This document shows, in pieces, positions 12,953 to 24,870 of a stretch of 64,000 nucleotides of DNA. The DNA comes from Octopus bimaculoides. Its lineage: Eukaryota. The translations under genes and the position numbers were made by a program. The notes beneath the pieces were generated by a model, which worked only from the letters and a program-made list of their open reading frames with translations, was not told the origin of the DNA and did no database searches. The stretch's first letter is position 1. Each line of letters starts with the position of its first letter. The DNA is taken from contig NC_068991.1 in NCBI RefSeq assembly GCF_001194135.2, forward strand, positions 49,897,916 through 49,961,915, written 5' to 3'.

Positions 12953-13076
12953 GTTTTCCATGCTGGCATGGGTTGGACAGTTTGACAGGAACTGTCCAGC
13001 CTCCAATTGTCTATTCTGGCATCTGGAGGCTGGACAGCTCTTGTCAAACCATCCAACCCATGCCAGCATGAAAAAC
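12953..13076. repeat. Hairpin made of two inverted RTE tails
   Basis: 53-bp arms (12953-13005 and 13024-13076), 5 mismatches, 18-nt loop. Confidence 0.9.
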
Positions 13077-14599
13077 AGACATTAAATGATCATTCCCATT
13101 TTTTCCCAGTGAAGTATGAATTGATTGTACCTGAAATTGAAACCAAGCCAAAGACTCAATTTGTTGAGAGAGTACCTTCTACACTATAAAGCTTGTCCCA
13201 CACCATTTTTTTTTTTTTTTTTTTACACAAATACACTAATATATCAAACTTACCATATAAATTAGAAATTAGTTTTATTCCTCTAACATGATAATAAAAA
13301 TTATTTATAATACTGCTAAATGAGTAATTAGATCTTGCACTCTTTAACTACAAACAACATCAGAAAACTTCTAAGTCTTAGCTTTATAAAAAAAAACCAA
13401 CACAAACGTTGACTATAATATTCCATATTCATTTAGAATACATTTTTTACCTCAGAGCACCTTCTTCCATCCCAACTCTAACAAGGATTAAAAGTATTAT
13501 ATATAATTTAGCAACTTAAATATGCATGCCTTACAAGTGATTATGAGACAAAGAACAGTAATTATGATAAAGGTGGTATTGCATAAGGTCAGTGTTTATG
13601 GACAATAGCTAGAGTTGATCGAATTGGCATTATTATAATACTTTTGTGATTCTAGAGAGATGAACAACAGTCATTCCAGTTAGTATTTGGACTCAGAATT
13701 AGAGGAATGAGATTAAATCTTGTAAAGCATTAAGAATAGTTTTCAATTATTTCCACAAACTTGCCATATTAAAGCTGACAGTAAAATGAAACATTTTTAT
13801 TCTTTACAATTTGCACAATGTGCTCTTTGTTGTCTGAATTTAATATGTGCAGTAATGCTGTTTAATTTATTGCTGTTATATAGTGTTTCGAGATGATGTA
13901 CAGTTATTACCCTTTCCATCACTTCGACTTTAATGGGAATTTTATTAATTTCAAATCACAATTTGTGGACAACAGCCTCACTGGTTACAGGTTTCTAACA
14001 GGCCAATATGAGACAATGCACTAGTTTCTAGTACCCCTCTCCCACTTCATGCCATTTGTTCCCATCTTTCAGTATGTTTACTATCACTGTTATGGAAGTC
14101 CAAAGATTCTCTAGTTGTAGGTATATAAGATAAGTACAATTAAAAACATGCAATAGTATATAAGTTACTTGTTGATTATTTACAATACAAATATTATATT
14201 TAAGTCTATATTTGGGTCCAAGACCTCTGTGATATATAAATCCTTGTTGATAGAACTTAATGAGCAGGTACAAATTGCCTGAGAGAAACCAAGATTCCTT
14301 CATTGACTAAAAAATTGGCATCATTTGTCTCAAGGTGAACAACAACCAGAACACAGGAAGACAATAGAATTTTTTGAGCACAATCTTCATCAATATGTTG
14401 CGTGTTAAGTAATAAAATGCATCCTGCACAGTTACTGCTGTTTATTAATATATATGTAATTCTAGAGTACTGTACAGGTTTACAGCAAATTTTTAAATGT
14501 CTGCTATTTAAGGCTTAGGAAATATTACTTCAGATCCATTTCAAAAATTCTTTTTCCAATGAAAACAGTTGGAGATTTTTTGGGTAGAACTGCAAGATT

Positions 14600-14785
14600 A
14601 TTAACATTTCCATCATTAAGTTTGTGGTCATTGATTGTGATGACCATATAAGATTCAGCTGTTATAGTTTGATAACTGCAGGAGACGTATTTAGCAAAAA
14701 AAACTGACAGATCAAATCGTTTAAGGAAACAAAATTACGACTTAATATTTGGGTTTTATAAGCAGGAGAACTCATTGATTGCATA
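14600..14785 (-). pseudogene. Decayed duplicate (pseudo-exon) of EML exon 12566-12800
   Basis: Core ATGGTCATCACAATCAATGACCACA-AACTTAATGATGGAAATGTTAA closely matches the real exon's ATGGTCATCACTATCAACAACCACAGAACTTAATGATGGAAATGTTAA. It starts with tttgtag|TATGCAA versus ttttag|TGTTGCAA in the real exon, and has indels and stops. Confidence 0.75.
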
Positions 14786-15384
14786 CTACAAACAATACAA
14801 CATAATAATGTAAAAATAAATTAACAATATTCACTAAAGTAGAATTCTATAAAGATAGACACAGATACAAAAAAAGGAAAAGAAACAAAGGTGAGGTAAT
14901 TTTAGAGCAATACTCAAAAAGATAATATATACAGCAAGCAATAATTTGAAATTGTTCAAAGATCGAGGTGAGAAGTTGCTTTCATTGTTCTCTTTGGTCT
15001 ACAGTTGAAATGAGGAGAAGCAGTAAATATTTCACTTATAGCATAAAATTCAGGTAGTGTCATTATTATTATACCCACAATCTTTGTCATCATCAGACAC
15101 CATCAGATTGTAAAGTAGGCCCTTTACAAAAACCAAAAGGAGCTAAATCATTAATTGCAAGACAAATCAATTCTTCCTTCTAGTACTGTATACTCTTTTA
15201 CTTGTTTCAGTCATTTGACTGCGGTCATGCTGGAGCACCACCTTTTTTTTTTATTTAATTCTATTGCATGTGGTATACTGGTTCCACCAGTCTATTTTGG
15301 ACTGAAAGATTTATTTCTTTAAAGAACAGCTCCTTCCTTAGTTACTAATTAAGCAAGAAAATAAAAGTTGAAAGCATCATAATA

Positions 15385-15599
15385 ATCCTTTCTACTAAAT
15401 GCACAAGGACTGAAATTTAGGAGAGGGGGTTAGTCAATTACATCAACCCCAGTATGTAACTGGTATATATTTCATCAACCCTGAAAGGATGACAAGCTAA
15501 GTTGACCATAGTCAAATTTGAACTCAGAATGTAAAGACATGAAATGACGCTAAGCATTTTGCCCGGCATGCTTACAATTCTGCCAGCTCACCGCCTTAA
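15385..15599 (-). mobile_element. CORE-type SINE (family 3)
   Basis: Reverse-strand head and CORE-like domain; the 3' tail differs from the 51387 copy. Confidence 0.75.
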
Positions 15600-16536
15600 A
15601 GTATTCTAATAATGTCAGGTTTGAATCCAAGACAAGGTTTAAAATGTTATTCCAATGAGATCATGCATTTTATTTGAGTGAAAGTATAGCCTTATTGCCT
15701 TCCAAGTAACTCCATGAAATCTCTCATATTGACCATTGTCAATAGGGTAATAAATGTATAATCACTCAATTGCATAGAAAAGAGAAAAACTCACAAAATT
15801 CAAAGAGATTAACTCAATCAGAATGTGCCAGAGACAGATTTCCAAAAATAGCAAAAAGTGAGGACATGTGACTTGTCAAAGTGACTCTTGTATTATCTTT
15901 GCAGGTGTAAGTGTGAAAATTCATATATGACAGTTTACATGTATTTGTTTAGAGTAACAGAAATCTTTAATCCTATGAAGTCAATGGATGTCATTTAAAA
16001 AAACAAATGGCTTTAATCAGTTTAAAAATAAAAGAAAGATTTCAGTTTGCAACATGTTCGGCAAGTTCCAGATTTTATAGACATTTTCCAATGTGAAGGA
16101 GTGATTGTTTTCATAAATTTGTGAGACGACAAAGATCATGTTGAAGCTTAGTGATAGAAAATAGATACGTTTTGAAGGCCTGGTCAGTATAAAATTTCAG
16201 TCATAAACCATTAGTTCCTACCACAACATAGGTATTTTGTCATTCTACATTTTCCCAAGTGCTGACGGCTTGTCAAATTATACTAAAAATTTTAATCCTG
16301 CCAAAATGAAGTTGAAACCAGAACACATGAAATATTGGAATAAGTGGTTAGAAAGTGGAGACTGGTGAGATAAGAAGCAATGTTCACTTAGTTTAATATC
16401 TGTGTCTTAATTCTTCTTGTATAGAAATGACAAACTATAGAACTTTATTGGAACATATTTCTATTGCAATTTGTTAATACATCTGTGAATAATTTTTAGA
16501 TAAAAGATTAAAATACAAACCATTAAAATGGCTTAC

Positions 16537-16689
16537 CTTTACCAGATTCCTGGACCTGGTTTAGTTTGCGAATCACATCAGCAAGGGCACTTTTAAGGCA
16601 AACTATTTCATCCCCTTGCAGTTGTACTTTCTTTTCTAAAATTGCAACTCGTTCACTTAAGGTTTCCTGATCTTGGTCAAGTAATCCAT
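16537..16689 (-). CDS. EML: Exon of an EML/EMAP-family gene encoding the N-terminal trimerisation coiled coil
   Basis: Minus strand reads ttttaactatttcag|AT GGA TTA ... GGT AAA G|gtaagc (153 nt, phase 1-1, no stop). Translation (D)GLLDQDQETLSERVAILEKKVQLQGDEIVCLKSALADVIRKLNQVQESGK matches the EML1/EML4 trimerisation motif as I recall it (RxxxLExRVQxQEDEIxxLKxALADVxRRL). The paralogue number cannot be assigned. Confidence 0.9.
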
Positions 16690-17110
16690 CTGAAATAGTT
16701 AAAAAGAGAATTACAAAAGAAAGATGTAAGAAGTTTAGATAATTTGAAATATCTTAAATAATATACATACAAGGACACTCAATGTTTGTGTCTGTTTATA
16801 AATTAAATTTTGTATAAGAAACCAAAACACTTAAACATCAATATCACAAGAACAGAGTGAAAGAATGCCAGGTAAAAACATAACTTTAGAAACTTATGAG
16901 AGCAATTTCCATTCCAGTTGTAGGTGCAATAAACAGTCCCTTTGGATATATTGTTGTCATGGCAGAATTGATGTTTCCCAACATTAACAATTTATATTAT
17001 TTTTTTTTTTAAACTGACAAAAATTTTCTAATAATTATATATTTTTGTACATCAGGGAAGAGAAATACAAAGTTGTAGACAAATGTCTCAACACCTCTGC
17101 AATGTAAACT

Positions 17111-17745
17111 AGGAGGTTTGTTTAATATTTTTACTTAAATAATGTTTAAAAATACGTTGGTGCATACCAGCCCCACAAAAACTTAAAGCAGTCACTCAGC
17201 CAGTTCAAAACAGCAGCTGAATCTTATTCCTTTCTATCATTTTTCTTTTCTAATTGGCACATGTTTTAAGTCCTGAATCTTAGGAGAGGTAACACCTAAT
17301 AAAGTCAGCCATGTGAGATGTTCTTTGAATGTCTACCTCAATACCTCTTCAGGCTGAGATTAGGAATGTTTAACAACTTCTGTGAACATTGTAGCAACTT
17401 TATCACATGAAGCATGGTATCACTGGTGTGCATGTGAATGCGTTCTGTTTGGATGTTAAAGGTTCTTCTGAACCCAAATTATAGACAGACTTCATAAATT
17501 CAAATGAATCTAAAGCAGCAAAATCCCTGTATGTTGGATTAGATATTAAAAGGAGTTGTGGCACTTGTTTTACATCCTGAGATTCAGGACTTAAAATGTG
17601 CCAATTTTTTTAAAAATGAGGTATTAGATTCAGTGCTATTTGGAACAGGTTGAGTGACTTCTTTAAATTTTCTGGGGACTGTATGTAGCAAAATATTTTT
17701 TAAGCATCATTTATTTAAGTTAAAATATAAAACAAACATCCTGAA
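17111..17745. mobile_element. Old long-TIR foldback/MITE-like element
   Basis: 17111-17290 is a diverged inverted copy of about 17570-17745 (aaagcagtcactcagccagttc...aattggcacatgttttaagtcctgaatcttagga versus its reverse complement). The spacer recurs inverted at about 19940-20200. Confidence 0.65.
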
Positions 17746-18999
17746 AAGCTCCTATACAAAAGTTGATTTACTTCAGTTTACATAACAGAAATGTTTAGAC
17801 ATTTGTTTGTCTAAAACTTTCTTTCTTTTCCATGATGGACAAATGTGTATAATTATTAGAAAATCTTTGATATATATTTACTAAAATGACTGCGGTGTGG
17901 ATGACATGATTTATGCATTCAGAAACACACAATGACTATTAACTTCACTTAATTATTATTTGGAATATGATGTCAAAACTTTAATCACTCAAAACTGTGA
18001 CCATACTGCAATCATTTTAGTTTCAACATGGTCTCAGATCAAAAATACTTGCCATGCAAGTATATCTCTGTAATATTACTAACAATTTCAAAAAAAAAAA
18101 AAAAAAAAAAAAAGGATAAATCTGTTAATCTATAGAAAATTAAGACTAATGTTTTAAAATGTCATATTAGGTCAAACTAATACTTTTTCATATAATCACA
18201 TAATCTCTAATAAGCAAAAGAGAATATATTATTTAATCAATGAAATATGGATTAGAAGCCTCAGATTAACAACAGCATCAACAATTCATACATCTGACTT
18301 GAACTACATTCCTATTACCAAATAATTTCACAAGATTACACACGAGAGTCTTTGAAAAGAAAAGGTTTGCTTTTGAAAATCCCACAGTGTGCATATACAT
18401 GTGTGTAGATAGGTTTGTGTAGTTTTGGAAACATCTGTATAGTTTCAAGAAATTACTACTTAATTTGAAATTTGGGATTTAAGATTTTGCTATATTTCAT
18501 CATATTAATGAATTTGTGTATTCTATTTCGCTAGCATTTTCCTTGTTTCTTACATCTTACATGCAGCTTTTCATTTTCACAATCAGTGAATCATAATTAT
18601 CAGTTTCTTTAAGCTGACTTCGGGTTTCCTTCTTGATAGCATCTTGTAACTATATCACATTGAAGACCTTGATGCATTGGTTCTTCATCAAGATGGGCAG
18701 TGCCTTTTTCTCTCTAATTTTGTCATTGACAATCATCCTCCATAGCAAATGATGGCCATAACCAGTGTTGAATGGCACCACAACAGGCATTATTACATCA
18801 TTTGTTGACCAGGATTTAATCAATCTCATTTCAGTGGTGAGTATTTAAGGTCTTCCAGGTTCATTTAAATCCAAACTTTTGTTGAACAGCTGTTCCCAAT
18901 GTAGAGTCCTTTTGCCTTTGCCATGATCTCCTCTAAGTTCTCTCCCAATCCAAATTTTCTAACATGTTTCCCACCCTGCTGCTCTTTTCTAACCTTTTA

Positions 19000-19295
19000 A
19001 AACCAACGTGATGCTCAATCATCTACTACCACAAATTTTGGAAGAAATACCACTCATTCTGGTCAGTGAAATAGACAATGCTTTAAAGCTGATAAAGAGA
19101 GATAAAGTTCCAAGGAGAGATGGTCTAACAACAAAAAATGATAAAGAGTTAAGAGCAACTGAGGAAAATCTTCATTGTACATTACAACTGATATTTGAAA
19201 GATGGGAAAATAATGATGTGGAAGAAGTCAAATACCATCTCGCTTTATAAGAAGGGTGGTAAGGAAGGTTTGAGAAACTATTTTCCCCGTATGCC
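19000..19295 (+). mobile_element. RTE-like reverse transcriptase N-terminal fragment, cut by the SINE
   Basis: EIPLILVSEIDNALKLIKRDKVPRRDGLT ... WKKSNTISLYKKGGKEGLRNYFP. Confidence 0.7.
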
Positions 19296-19298
19296 TCT

Positions 19299-19479
19299 TA
19301 GGTGCAGGAGTGGCTGTGTGGTAAGTAGCTTGCTTACCAACCACATGGTTCCGGGTTCAGTCCCACTGCGTGGCACCTTGAGCAAGTGTCTTCTACTATA
19401 GCTTCGGGCCAACCAAAGCCTTGTGAGTGGATTTGGTAGACGGAAACTGAAAGAAGCCAGTCGTATCTATGTTTATATG

Positions 19480-19545
<66 letters not shown>

Positions 19546-19759
19546 TGTATGTGTGTGACTGTGTTTGTCCCCCCAACATTGCTTGACAACCGATGCTGGT
19601 GTGTTTATGTCCCCGTAACTTAGTGGTTCGGCAAAAGAGACTGATAGAATAAGCACTAGGCTTCCAAAGAATAAGTCCTGGGGTCGATTTGCTAGACTAA
19701 AGGCGGTGCTCCAGCATGGCCACAGTCAAATGACTGAAACAAGTAAAAGAGTAAAGAGT
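19299..19759 (+). mobile_element. tRNA-derived SINE family 1 (internal microsatellite), young copy
   Basis: Head with A/B-box-like motifs (tggctgtgtggtaag; ggttcagtccc), central ggcaccttgagcaagtgtctt domain, internal (TA)n/(TG)n, tail ...ccagcatggccacagtcaaatgactgaaacaagtaaaagagtaaagag. Confidence 0.9.
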
Positions 19760-20895
19760 TATCTCAACTTTTACAAGTAATTTACAAAGGTCATAGTCAC
19801 CAGACTATTGAAACATCTCAATGACAAAGAAATGAGAAAGCAAGCATGTTTGTGGAACAACTACAGTACAATAACCACACACACATTAAAATACAGCTTC
19901 CATAATAAGCACAAAGTGTGTCACTGTGTCACCTTCACCACCCCTTTAAATATCTCATCCTACATACTGGAATTCTGTGGTTGCTTCAGATTTATTTGAA
20001 TTTATGAAGCCTGTCTATAATTTGGGTTCAAAAGACTTTTTAACATACAAAGCATTCACATAAACAATGATACCATGCAGTTTTGTTTTTTTTCCAGAAT
20101 CCTATGTAGATATTGCCTGATCACACTTAATGAGGCTACTACTCCTAATTTCATTAATTCCTCTAATTGTCAGATTCCAGGATCTTCAAGCATCATTTAT
20201 GCTATATACACATTTTAAAACATATATAACTTAGGAGTACAAATGTCACATGTGGAGGATCTAAGAAATCTTTGTAAAAAATACAGTCTTAATATTCATT
20301 GATTTGCATATCAGACCATGTGGTGCCTTAGTTCCTAATGCTTCATGTAGATCCTCTTCGGAACATGTGAGAGAGTCCTTCCTAATATTATTAACCTCTT
20401 ACCACAAAGTCCAGCGTTACTACTTTGACATTTTATTAGTATAAATCCATCTTGTAGATATGTTGGGATGATCTTGGTCAGGCATCTGCATATAAATGAT
20501 TCTCAGTCCAACTTTAAAGTTATTTTTTCTTTGTCTTTTTCAAGTTAATACTGGAGGAAGTGAAGAAAAAGCTCCACAACTTTGTCCTTATTTACTTGCC
20601 ATTCAGATACACCATGTTCAAAATCGAACAAAAGAATGGTTCCCCATATTCCATAACATGTATTAAATATTTATTTTTACCTTTTACTTTACCAATCTGG
20701 CTTCTTACATCCATTCACCTCCATTCTGCATCCTCATTATTTACAAGTTTGCATTAAATAGTTTTTCCTGGTTTGGAAAACACGATCATCTTCAGAACAG
20801 ATTTTTGTTTTAATGGTTTATTTTTAGATCTTGTGGTTTGATACTTTTCAACATTAATTGTTTCCAGTTCAACATCAAGATAGTTCTCTACTTAA

Positions 20896-21113
20896 GCCTT
20901 TCGTTACTGTATTTACTTTGAGATGCTGTGTTTCTTTCAATTACTTTAAATATAATAAAGAATTTAGTAAAATAACTTAGTTATCATTCAGCTAGTGTTA
21001 GGAACATAAATTGTGACTAAGGTTTGGTGGAAGATTTTAATTCAAAACTTATGGAAACAAGACATTTGTACTCAGAGCCAGAGCCAGTTTCAGCTGGGTT
21101 GGTAATGAAGGGG
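20896..21113. mobile_element. piggyBac-type MITE family B
   Basis: TTAA|gcctttcgttac ... gtaatgaagggg|TTAA; the body differs from family A. Confidence 0.7.
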
Positions 21114-22859
21114 TTAAATAAATACTTTGGCACTTTCATAACACTTATTTGATGTATTATCTTCTAAACAACTTTTATATACTTTCAGACAGGGCATTAA
21201 ATGTGATGGATGCACCTTTACACACATGACTCCATATTTAACAAGTGCTTATTTTCCCATCCTCAGAGTTCCAAGGCCAAACTCTCTAACACACATTCCT
21301 TTTACTAAGAACCATATCAGCATTTTTCTAAGACTGTGCCATACTTGTCCCAACTTGGGGACAAAGTGTAATGTCTTACTTTCTCTGAAGACTCGTACTA
21401 CCTGAACCTCTATCTAGCATACATATATAACATTCAAGTTATTTGCTACAACTTCACAGGTGAAAATATCTTATGATTAATGAAATTTTTCACTTAGAAA
21501 GGAAGGCAGGTTGGGATCTCTTCCAAAAACAAATTGATATGGGTTGTACCCATGTATGTTGTGAAGGATTATTTCTGGTATTTATGTTCTTGCTAGAACC
21601 ATCTCTAAACTATATTTTGGTTTTCTTCAACATTTCTTTTATTACACCATTATATCACTCATTCATGAACACTGGTGAGTAGTGGTATGTACCACAATAC
21701 TTAGGTGCAGTGTCAGGTCTTGAAATGAATGGTAATCAAACTACCATTATTATGATCCAGAATAAAACCTAGTGTCCCAAAATAAACTATTTAGTGTTTG
21801 AAAATAACGCTAAGAATATCAAAACTTTCCTTACTACAAAGCCAGATTCCTACACTGGTTCAAGTTCCATGGTCTACAAAGAGTTGTACCTTATTACCTC
21901 TCATTTCTTTGATGTCCATAGAAATAGTTTCATCAAAATACTATTCCAGTGAGCAGTTCAGAAGATTTCTGATAATGACTAATCTCACTGAGACCCTAAT
22001 ACTGGGTATATAAGAATGGGGTTTCTTTACCCTTTCAGGAGCTGAAGCACTCTTTCTGGCAGCCTTGGGTGTCAAGATGCTTATGTGAAACCTTTCATCT
22101 GATAGATTTATTAACCGTCTGCTTAATAGAAGCCATAGCAATGTATACATCAATAATCTACTTACTATACACACTGTTCAAACATTTAACATCCAACAGA
22201 AATTCATAATTATCAAATCATTTCAGTGAGATACTTCAAGTCTGTTCTTTGATTTAATTCCAATGCAATTCATAAGGCTAAATTCACATTGTATCAGCAA
22301 TAGAAGCTTGAGCTGTTCTACATATGAACAGCAGCTGAAAGTTCTTCAAAGTCACTTTTTTCTAAGTAAAAAGTGTTACATATTGGAAAATAATTTAATT
22401 GAGACACCTTACTTTTTCAGATATAAATTTTTAATTCAAATATTGTTGTAATACTGTTGGAGTAACATTTTTAGTTGTTTCTCAAGTAGCAACATACTTC
22501 TGTTTTGCTTTCTTGTTCTGCTCAACATTTTGATTCACATTTAAAATATTTACTTTCATTACAGTTTGGTCATTCTTGATGTTGACTATCCCTTGTGATC
22601 CCTTGCTTGGAAAACAGGTAAGGGTTATCATCAGGAAGGGCATCCAGTTGTAAAACAATGCCTTAAATAACATTCATTGAACCCATGCAAGCATAGAAAA
22701 AAGGGAAGTAAAGTAAACAAAAAGGCAATGAAACATTGTCAACTCCAAGTTCAGAATTGGTTACATTTGGCAATAGCATGGGGACTTATAGGTGCTCATT
22801 CTTTTAGTTCATCTGGAAACCTCTAAATGGAAGCACACATTCAGAATGAAAGCAATAAT

Positions 22860-23065
22860 TAATTTTAGTACCTACACTTGACTGAGAGGAAAGAAGCTCT
22901 TTTCACTCCAGTGAACAATATCACCAAGATATAGCAAATGGTTAAGTTTTACCTTGACAAAGTGTGATGCTTGCATTGCATTGAAACAAATATTCTGAAG
23001 ATATTTGCAGAGTGATACCAAATCAGCTAAAACCTCAACAAGAACACTGTACAATTCTATACTAT
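22860..23065 (-). mobile_element. Short RT fragment of a non-LTR element
   Basis: KLNHLLYLGDIV resembles the (S/N)HLLYMDDLKL catalytic motif. Confidence 0.4.
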
Positions 23066-23151
23066 GAATCAGTCACAAATTTTGAAACTTATTGGAACAT
23101 TGGACTTACCCATTTGCTTATTACAGTATAGCACTAATACATTGTTATTAA

Positions 23152-23520
23152 TGTGGAGGCACAATGGCCCAGTGGTTAGGGCAGCGGACTCGCGGTCATA
23201 GGATCGTGGTTTCGATTCCCAGACCGGGCGTTGTGAGTGTTTATTGAGCGAAAACACCTAAAGCTCCACGAAGCTCCGGCAGGGAATGGTGGCGAACCCT
23301 GCTGTACTCTTTCACCACAACTATCTCTTACTTCCTGTTTCTGTTGTGCCTGTAATTCAAAGGGTCAGCCTTGTCATGCTGAATATCCCCGAGAACTACG
23401 TTAAGGGTACATGTGTCTGGAGTGCTCAGCCACTTGCACGTTAATTTCACGAGCAGGCTGTTCCGTTGATCGGATCAACTGGAACCCTCAACGCCGTAAG
23501 CGACAGAGTGCCAACAACAT
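23152..23520 (+). mobile_element. tRNA-derived SINE family 2, young copy
   Basis: Head ggcacaatggcccagtggttagggcagcggactcgcggtcataggatcgtggtttcgattccc has A and B boxes, followed by an unrelated body and a short (ACA) tail. Confidence 0.85.
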
Positions 23521-24538
23521 TGTTCTTAACGTATCACACTCTAACACAAATTAATTCTAAAAATTTCCCTTTTGTAACTGAAGACCTATTGAACTTAGCA
23601 TATACTAGCAATGCACCTCGGCATTGCTCTGGTGTTATGACCTACAGCCACATTGTATTATTTGTTCCTGTCTTATGGGCAAAATTGGCACACGAAGAGT
23701 ATGAAGCAAACAACTCTTCTTTATAAATATGTCCAGATTTCTTAAATTATTGTGCAAAATATTCGGAGAAAAAGTATTTTCACCACAACAAAACACACAC
23801 ACACGCATGTCTGTAGTAACTTGAGCTACTACGAATAGCAGCCAAATCTCTCTTAAAACATATCCTTTCATCAAAAGGAAAGCACAGGTTTACAGTATTT
23901 CAGGAAGAAAACAAAAAAATAGAAGTATGTGATGGGTGTGCTACATCAGAGTTAACTCTCGACTAAACAAAACACAGACAAACATACTTCACATTAAAAG
24001 ATTATCTAGTAAATAATACTAATAAAGTTAACAGTATATCTTCGAAGCTCCATTCACTGGTAAAACCCTATGTATTTTAAACATTTTCTCATTATGTTCT
24101 ATGTAAGATAAAGTTAGTGGAAGCAGAGTTGCCTCCCTTAGTTAAATACCTCAAAATCGTACGACCTGACCTTGTTTCTGAGATTATTTTTGTAGTAAAA
24201 AGGAGTTGTTGTGCAAAAAACATACTTTATTTCGTAGCTAAAAGATTACTGAATCCTGATACCTCATACGTCAAAATTGGCAACTCAGTTTTCGAATCCA
24301 TAAGGAGCACACACAAACTCTGTTTTACGTATTAAGATTATGCCCAATAAAGACTCAAACGTTGGTATAATTGGTGCATCCAGCCTCAAGTCTTCTCTGA
24401 ACAACAGAATGCTGCACCAATGGACATGTTATTCTTTTTTTGACAATTGTTACAATGCCATTATTTTTTCCGTAGCATAACTTATGCTCCAGCTGATATT
24501 AACATTATCATCCTTGAAAGATTGAGATTAATTTCATT

Positions 24539-24870
24539 TTCTTCTTTTTACTTGTTTTAACCATTAAGCTGCAGCCATGTTAGAACACCATCTTGAAGAA
24601 CTTTAGTCAAATGTATTGCCCACAGCATTTTTTTTTTTTTTAGCTTGGTACTTTTTCAGTCAGTTGTGAAGTGGTGGTGGGTGACATACATATGCACACA
24701 CACATAACAGACTTCTTTAAGTTTCTATCAACCAAGTCCACTCACAAGGCTTTGGTCAGTCCAAAGCTATAGTAGAGGACATTTACCCAAGGTGCCACAC
24801 AGAAGGACTGAACCCAAAGCCACATGGTTGGGAAGCAAACTTTTTATCACACAGCCACACCTATGCCTAT
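24539..24870 (-). mobile_element. SINE family 1, diverged copy with internal deletion
   Basis: Head ...ccacatggttgggaagcaaac...cacctatgcctat and tail cttgttttaaccattaagctgcagccatg on the reverse strand. Confidence 0.8.

Noticed and set aside
23152-23230. tRNA-like sequence with A and B boxes
   Set aside because: It continues into a SINE body and tail, so it is a SINE head rather than a tRNA gene.
24117-24335. Short CpG-bearing ORFs on both strands
   Set aside because: No convincing splice pair in phase and no recognisable motif.
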